Below, in pieces: positions 58,567 to 64,000 of a DNA stretch of 64,000 nt. Positions within the stretch are counted from its first letter, which is position 1. Each line of letters opens with the position of its first letter. Where the stretch lies: NCBI RefSeq assembly GCF_055900595.2, contig NZ_CM148325.1; one strand, 5' to 3'. The position numbers and the translations under genes are program-made. The notes under the pieces are model-generated. The model saw only the letters and a program-made list of their open reading frames with translations, was not told the origin of the DNA and searched no databases.

Positions 58567-59763
58567 TTAAGGTGCTACAGAGTGTTTGCCTTCCCAGACA
58601 ACTTCGCGGTAGTGCTTCACGTCGGTGTCGCCTTCAGTGCTGATAACCAGCACCACGGCATCTTTGTTCAGCGCTAGTTTTTCCATCAGGCTTTGACGTT
58701 GCGGGTGATAATGAACCGCCGCGAGAACGCCCAAACCGACAGCGCCGGATTCACCGGAGATGATGCGCGGGTCGTTGCCGTACGGATTACCCAGCACGCG
58801 CATACCTAATGCGGCAACGCTGTCCTGGCAGGAGATGAATTGGGTGGCGCAGTTACGTAGAATCTCCCAGCCCAGCGGGTTAGGTTCGCCGCAGGCCAGA
58901 CCCGCCATGATGGTGGCCATATCGCCGCCAACGTTGACGATGTCGCCTTTGACGCCGGAGCGATAAATACAGTCAGCTTTGTCAGGTTCAACAATAATGC
59001 TGTGCAGATTTTGCGGGCTGTAGACGTCGACCAGATAACCCAGTACGCCGCCGGCCATCGCGCCGACACCGGCTTGCAGCAGAACGTGAGTTGGGGTTAC
59101 GCCCATTTCACGCATTTGCTCGACGGCTTCATCTGCCAGAGTGGCATAGCCCTGCATGATCCAGGTTGGGATTTTGGTGTAGCCTTCCCAGGCGGTATCT
59201 TGCACCACTTCCCAGCCGTGTTGCTGCGCGTGTTGCATGGTCAGACGAACGGTATCGTCATAGTTCATATCAGTGACGATGCACTCGGCTCCGAGGTTCA
59301 GAATGGCGTCAACGCGTTCCTGAGCGGAACCTTTCGGCATGTAAATTACCGCGTTCTGACCGAGTTGCTGTGCTGCCCAGGCAACACCGCGCCCGTGGTT
59401 GCCGTCGGTCGTTGTAGCAAATGTCATTTTTTCGCCGATGGCACTTTTCAGATGCTCGAATGACAGTGTTTCGATATCAAGATGATATTTTTCGCACAAC
59501 AACTGAGCGATGGCATATGCGCCGCCGAGCATTTTGAATGCGTTCAGACCGAATCGTTTTGATTCGTCCTTAACGAGAATTTTTTTTACCCCAAAAAGGT
59601 TTGCGAGATCGTCCAGCGCGCAAAGTGGTGTTGGGCGATAGCCAGCAATTTTCTGGTGGAACTGGCGCGCCAGTTTTGCCTGGCTTTGCGAAAAGAGCGG
59701 TGATGTTTCGCCGTTGAAAAATTTGTTATCGGCGATATCAATCTTCAATGAGAAAACGGACAT
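58567..59763 (-). CDS. dpaL: diaminopropionate ammonia-lyase (PLP-dependent)
   Basis: 398-aa ORF (YgeX). Confidence 0.88.
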   Translation of the reverse strand: MSVFSLKIDIADNKFFNGETSPLFSQSQAKLARQFHQKIAGYRPTPLCALDDLANLFGVKKILVKDESKRFGLNAFKMLGGAYAIAQLLCEKYHLDIETLSFEHLKSAIGEKMTFATTTDGNHGRGVAWAAQQLGQNAVIYMPKGSAQERVDAILNLGAECIVTDMNYDDTVRLTMQHAQQHGWEVVQDTAWEGYTKIPTWIMQGYATLADEAVEQMREMGVTPTHVLLQAGVGAMAGGVLGYLVDVYSPQNLHSIIVEPDKADCIYRSGVKGDIVNVGGDMATIMAGLACGEPNPLGWEILRNCATQFISCQDSVAALGMRVLGNPYGNDPRIISGESGAVGLGVLAAVHYHPQRQSLMEKLALNKDAVVLVISTEGDTDVKHYREVVWEGKHSVAP

Positions 59764-59821
59764 ATCCTATCCTTTTGGCCTCTGGAAATAGAGAGCCGAC
59801 CTGTCGATCGGCCCGAGGGGG

Positions 59822-61012
59822 TTATTTCACGCGTTCTTGCGCTTCTTTCAGCAGTTGTTCGAGCAGTGCGCCTGGTTTGGAATATTTACGGGAAAGGATC
59901 ATTGCTGCGATGATGTATGGCTTCCAGCTGGCTTCTTTGTAGGTCGCGATACGGTATTTTTCGAATACGCCTTCAGTGACTTCACCTTCTTTGCAGGATA
60001 CGCCGCTGATATCTGCTGGCAGGCAGTGCATGTACAGGGCTTCGCCATCACGGGTCAGTTCCATCATCTCTTCAGTGCAATGCCAGTCTTTGTGTTGCGC
60101 GTTCTGTGCCAGACACTGTTTTTCCAGTGCTTTTAAGCCTTCGTGATCGTTCGCACGCAGCAGTTCAGTACGCTCTTCCATCACTTTGTAAGGTGCCCAT
60201 GACTTCGGATAAACGATGTCTGCGTCTTTGAAGGCTTCTTCCATGCTGGTGACCTGACGGAAGCTACCGCCAGAGGCTTTAGCATTATTTTTAGCTACTT
60301 CAACTACATCCGGGATCAAATCGTAGCCTTCCGGATGGGCCAGGGTGACATCCATACCGAAGCGGGTCATCAGGCCGATAATGCCTTGCGGTACAGAGAG
60401 CGGTTTGCCGTAGCTTGGCGAGTATGCCCAGGTCATGGCGATTTTTTTACCTTTCAGGTTTTCGAGCGAACCAAAGTGTTCACGCAACCATGCCAGGTCA
60501 GCCATTGACTGAGTCGGATGGTCGATATCGCATTGCAGGTTCACTAAAGCCGGACGCTGTGGAAGCACGCCCTGCTTGTAGCCGTCATCAAGCGCAGCGC
60601 CAACTTCACGCATATAGGCGTTACCTGCGCCCAGATACATATCGTCACGAATACCAATAGAGTCGGCGCAGAAGGAGATCATATTGGCGGTTTCACGTAC
60701 GGTTTCGCCGTGAGCGATTTGTGATTTGCCTTCGTCGAGATCTTGCTGTGCAAGGCCGAGCAGGTTAAGCGCGGAAGCATAAGAGAAGCGGGTACGGGTG
60801 GAGTTGTCGCGGAATACGGAAATACCTAATCCACTATTAAAGACTTTGGTTGAGATGTTTTCAGCACGCAGTGCTTTTAATGCTGCGGCAACGTCCAGTA
60901 CTTGTTTCAGTTCATCAGGCGTCTGTTCCCACGTTAACAAAAAATCTTTCTCGTGAAGGTGAGAGGTCAGCGAATTGATATCCTTAATCAGCTCATTAAC
61001 AGTTTTCATCAT
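59822..61012 (-). CDS. ygeW: carbamoyltransferase YgeW (ATCase/OTCase fold)
   Basis: 396-aa ORF MMKTVNELIKDINSLTSHLHEKDF with carbamoyl-phosphate-binding STRTR. Confidence 0.88.
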   Translation of the reverse strand: MMKTVNELIKDINSLTSHLHEKDFLLTWEQTPDELKQVLDVAAALKALRAENISTKVFNSGLGISVFRDNSTRTRFSYASALNLLGLAQQDLDEGKSQIAHGETVRETANMISFCADSIGIRDDMYLGAGNAYMREVGAALDDGYKQGVLPQRPALVNLQCDIDHPTQSMADLAWLREHFGSLENLKGKKIAMTWAYSPSYGKPLSVPQGIIGLMTRFGMDVTLAHPEGYDLIPDVVEVAKNNAKASGGSFRQVTSMEEAFKDADIVYPKSWAPYKVMEERTELLRANDHEGLKALEKQCLAQNAQHKDWHCTEEMMELTRDGEALYMHCLPADISGVSCKEGEVTEGVFEKYRIATYKEASWKPYIIAAMILSRKYSKPGALLEQLLKEAQERVK

Positions 61013-61103
61013 AAAGTCCCGGTAGTGGAATGACAGGCAAAGTGGTTTATTTCACTGTGACTTGCCAAAGTGATTGGTGTTTTCACAGCTATACCAGGGA
61101 CTA

Positions 61104-61118
61104 ACAATAAGTGTGCCA
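61104..61118 (-). promoter_or_regulatory. candidate sigma54 promoter for ygeW
   Basis: Minus-strand TGGCAC-actta-TTGT about 90 nt upstream of the ygeW ATG; -24 element perfect, -12 has GT instead of GC. Confidence 0.3.
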
Positions 61119-61487
61119 GAATTATCCACGCGGCTATAAAAGACTAATTTGACGGGTAATGTGTGGTGTAGATCACAAATTGATGCCAGCTTCCGGTTGT
61201 GTGTAAAATACGAAAACGTTTGGCTTTTTTTATTGCGTTGTTTATTTGCTGCTAAGTATCAGAAATAAGATAAAGGGGCAGGCTATCCCTCGTCAGTTTG
61301 ATAAACTCACCGCTGTAATTCTCATATTGATATAGAAATGTGATATCTCTTCCATAATTTCATTAGAAAGTGATAAAAACCTTATGTTTTTATCAAAGCC
61401 AATTTCGCCTGAGTTAATATCATGATGATCTGTGAACCATCAACGTCTTCAATGATCGACTTTTAAGTAAGTCTGGAAGGTAAAGCT

Positions 61488-63266
61488 ATGGAGCTTGCTA
61501 CTACGCAGTCAGTATTGATGCAAATTCAACCGACAATTCAGCGTTTTGCCAGAATGCTTGCCAGCGTTTTGCAGCTTGAGGTTGAGATCGTTGATGAAAA
61601 CTTGTGTCGCGTCGCCGGAACGGGCGCGTATGGGAAGTTTCTTGGCCGCCAGTTGAGCGGCAACTCACGCCTGCTCCGCCACGTCCTGGAAACGAAAACT
61701 GAAAAAGTTGTGACACAGTCTCGCTTCGATCCCCTTTGCGAAGGTTGCGATAATAAAGATAATTGTCGCGAAAAAGCATTTCTGGGTACGCCTGTCATTT
61801 TACAGGATCGTTGTGTTGGGGTGATAAGTTTGATTGCAGTTACCCACGAGCAACAAGAACATATCAGTGATAATTTACGCGAGTTTTCTGATTACGTTCG
61901 CCATATATCCACCATTTTTGTTTCGAAACTTCTGGAGGATCAGGGACCAGGAGATAACATCAGTAAAATATTCGCGACCATGATCGATAATATGGATCAG
62001 GGCGTATTAGTTGTTGATGACGATAATCGGGTTCAGTTTGTTAATCAGACGGCCTTAAAAACACTCGGTGTTGTGCAAAATAATATTATTGGGAAACCTA
62101 TCCGTTTCAGACCATTAACATTTGAGAGTAATTTTACCCACGGACATATGCAACATATTGTTTCGTGGGACGATAAAAGTGAATTAATCATTGGTCAATT
62201 GCATAACATTCAGGGCAGACAATTATTTTTAATGGCGTTTCACCAATCGCATACCAGTTTTTCTGTAGCAAATGCACCTGATGAACCGCATATTGAACAA
62301 TTGGTTGGCGAGTGCCGTGTTATGCGGCAATTAAAACGACTCATTAGCCGTATTGCGCCCAGCCCATCCAGCGTTATGGTGGTTGGTGAAAGCGGCACGG
62401 GTAAAGAAGTCGTCGCGCGTGCAATCCATAAGTTGAGTGGAAGACGAAATAAACCCTTTATTGCTATCAACTGTGCCGCGATTCCTGAACAACTTCTGGA
62501 GAGCGAACTATTCGGTTATGTTAAAGGCGCATTTACTGGCGCTTCAGCCAACGGTAAAACAGGGTTGATTCAGGCGGCGAATACGGGCACGCTGTTTCTC
62601 GATGAAATTGGTGATATGCCATTAATGTTGCAGGCTAAATTACTGCGCGCTATTGAGGCGCGTGAAATACTGCCGATTGGTGCCAGTAGCCCAATTCAGG
62701 TCGACATCCGAATCATTTCTGCAACTAACCAGAATTTGGCCCAGTTCATTGCCGAAGGTAAATTCCGCGAAGATCTCTTCTACCGACTCAATGTTATCCC
62801 GATCACTCTTCCACCGCTGCGTGAACGTCAGGAAGATATTGAACTGCTGGTACATTACTTTTTACATCTGCATACCCGTCGTCTGGGATCGGTTTATCCG
62901 GGTATTGCTCCCGATGTCGTCGAGATATTGCGTAAGCATCGTTGGCCCGGAAACCTGCGCGAGTTAAGCAATTTAATGGAATATCTGGTTAACGTTGTTC
63001 CTTCAGGTGAAGTTATCGACAGCACGCTATTGCCTCCAAATTTGCTGAATAATGGCACAACGGAGCAAAGTGATGTAACAGAGGTCAGCGAGGCGCACTT
63101 GGCACTCGATGATGCGGGCGGCACGGCGCTGGAGGAGATGGAAAAGCAAATGATCCGCGAGGCGCTTTCACGTCATAACAGCAAGAAGCAAGTTGCTGAT
63201 GAACTGGGTATCGGCATTGCTACGCTCTATCGCAAGATAAAGAAATATGAGTTGTTAAACGCATAA
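61488..63266 (+). CDS. ygeV: sigma54-dependent transcriptional activator (bacterial enhancer-binding protein)
   Basis: 592-aa ORF with Walker A GESGTGKE, GAFTGA motif and C-terminal HTH. Confidence 0.9.
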   Translation: MELATTQSVLMQIQPTIQRFARMLASVLQLEVEIVDENLCRVAGTGAYGKFLGRQLSGNSRLLRHVLETKTEKVVTQSRFDPLCEGCDNKDNCREKAFLGTPVILQDRCVGVISLIAVTHEQQEHISDNLREFSDYVRHISTIFVSKLLEDQGPGDNISKIFATMIDNMDQGVLVVDDDNRVQFVNQTALKTLGVVQNNIIGKPIRFRPLTFESNFTHGHMQHIVSWDDKSELIIGQLHNIQGRQLFLMAFHQSHTSFSVANAPDEPHIEQLVGECRVMRQLKRLISRIAPSPSSVMVVGESGTGKEVVARAIHKLSGRRNKPFIAINCAAIPEQLLESELFGYVKGAFTGASANGKTGLIQAANTGTLFLDEIGDMPLMLQAKLLRAIEAREILPIGASSPIQVDIRIISATNQNLAQFIAEGKFREDLFYRLNVIPITLPPLRERQEDIELLVHYFLHLHTRRLGSVYPGIAPDVVEILRKHRWPGNLRELSNLMEYLVNVVPSGEVIDSTLLPPNLLNNGTTEQSDVTEVSEAHLALDDAGGTALEEMEKQMIREALSRHNSKKQVADELGIGIATLYRKIKKYELLNA

Positions 63267-63275
63267 CCTCAGTAA

Positions 63276-63299
63276 ATCCGGCCTGAGTTCAGGCCGGAT
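63276..63299 (+). terminator. hairpin terminator between convergent ygeV and xdhC
   Basis: atccggcctga-gt-tcaggccggat followed by atcctttt. Confidence 0.5.
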
Positions 63300-63305
63300 A
63301 TCCTT

Positions 63306-63785
63306 TTACTTCGTTTTCTCGCAATCCAGAACTGTATTTACAATCATCTGATACCCCGTGCAGCGACAAAGATTTCCCGCCAGGCCGCGACGAATCTCCG
63401 TAATAGTTAATGGCTTCTCGCGTGGTTTCGCCAGCATTGCCGTGGTAGCCATAATCAGGCCAGGCGTACAAAACCCGCACTGCACCGCGCCGGATTTCGC
63501 ATAAGCTTGCTGGACGTGAGAAAGTTTTCCGCCTTTCGCTTCACCTTCCAGCGTGCGGATTTCTTTGCCTTCAGCCCAGGCGGCAAGGTATAAGCAACTG
63601 TCTATCGCAGTACCGTCGACCAGCACCGTACAGGCACCACATTCACCCACGCAGCAACCTTGCTTGACGCTTAGCAGCCCTTGTTCGCGGAGTAATTCCG
63701 AGAGCGGCGTGCCTGGCGTGGCGTGAAGCTGAAAAGGTATCTCGTTAATGGTGCATTCGATGGTAATTGTTTCGCTGTGATTCAT
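63306..63785 (-). CDS. xdhC: xanthine dehydrogenase Fe-S subunit (2x[2Fe-2S])
   Basis: 159-aa ORF with [11 protein letters not shown] and CGFCTPG motifs. Confidence 0.88.
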   Translation of the reverse strand: MNHSETITIECTINEIPFQLHATPGTPLSELLREQGLLSVKQGCCVGECGACTVLVDGTAIDSCLYLAAWAEGKEIRTLEGEAKGGKLSHVQQAYAKSGAVQCGFCTPGLIMATTAMLAKPREKPLTITEIRRGLAGNLCRCTGYQMIVNTVLDCEKTK

Positions 63786-64000
63786 TGCAGTTTTCCCCCC
63801 GCCGCGGCGACGGCTTCACTAATCACTTTTTTGGTCATCGTCTGGATGAGATGCAGACGAAACTCTTTGCTGGCCCGCCATGAAGAACGCGGGGCGACAT
63901 CCTGCAGGACTGATTCGCTGATGGCTTCCAGCGTTTGCAGGTTTAATGGCGCATTTTGTGCAGTTTGTTCGGCATGTTGGCAGCGAATCGGCGTTGGCGC
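63782..64000 (-). CDS. xdhB: xanthine dehydrogenase FAD-binding subunit, C-terminal 72 codons (5' end beyond window)
   Basis: Minus-strand frame open from the window edge to TGA at 63782-63784, ending ...[16 protein letters not shown]; stop overlaps the xdhC start (ATGA). Confidence 0.75.
   Translation of the reverse strand, partial: APTPIRCQHAEQTAQNAPLNLQTLEAISESVLQDVAPRSSWRASKEFRLHLIQTMTKKVISEAVAAAGGKLQ

Noticed and set aside
61422-61466. 14-codon upstream ORF (MMICEPSTSSMIDF) ending 22 nt before ygeV
   Set aside because: No convincing Shine-Dalgarno sequence, very short, and no evidence of conservation available; could be a leader peptide but it cannot be supported from sequence alone.

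Overview
This window is a collinear stretch of Escherichia coli-type chromosome (the ygfI to xdhB region around the gcv/serA/prfB loci), read in reverse orientation relative to the usual K-12 map. Gene calls rest on recognising the translated ORFs from memory of E. coli proteins; no database search was run. Almost every gene matches a known K-12 gene in order and length, so I do not see a convincing wholly undescribed system here. Contents in order: the ygfI 3' end; the sbm operon (scpC, scpB, argK, scpA); argP; rpiA; serA; an IS200-type insertion sequence (I do not recall one at this site in K-12); the sibC/ibsC type I toxin-antitoxin locus; fau; ssrS (6S RNA); zapA; ygfB-pepP-ubiH-ubiI; gcvTHP; ygfF; bglA; yqfB; yqfA; ygfZ; sdhE-ygfX; fldB; xerD-dsbC-recJ; prfB (with its programmed +1 frameshift) and lysS; idi; then a roughly 29 kb block of purine-transport and putative selenium-dependent molybdenum-hydroxylase genes (uacT, ygfT, ygfS, ghxQ, guaD, xanQ, xdhD, ygfM, ssnA, ygfK, mocA, yqeC, yqeB, yqeA, hyuA, ygeY, ygeX, ygeW, ygeV, xdhC, xdhB 3' end). 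No tRNA, rRNA or CRISPR array was found. The most interesting material is that last block: it is only partly characterised biochemically, it contains a sigma54 enhancer-binding protein (YgeV), and I found two candidate sigma54 promoter motifs (upstream of ygfK and ygeW). Manually placed coordinates (hairpins, promoters, small RNAs, IS boundaries) are approximate to a few bases.
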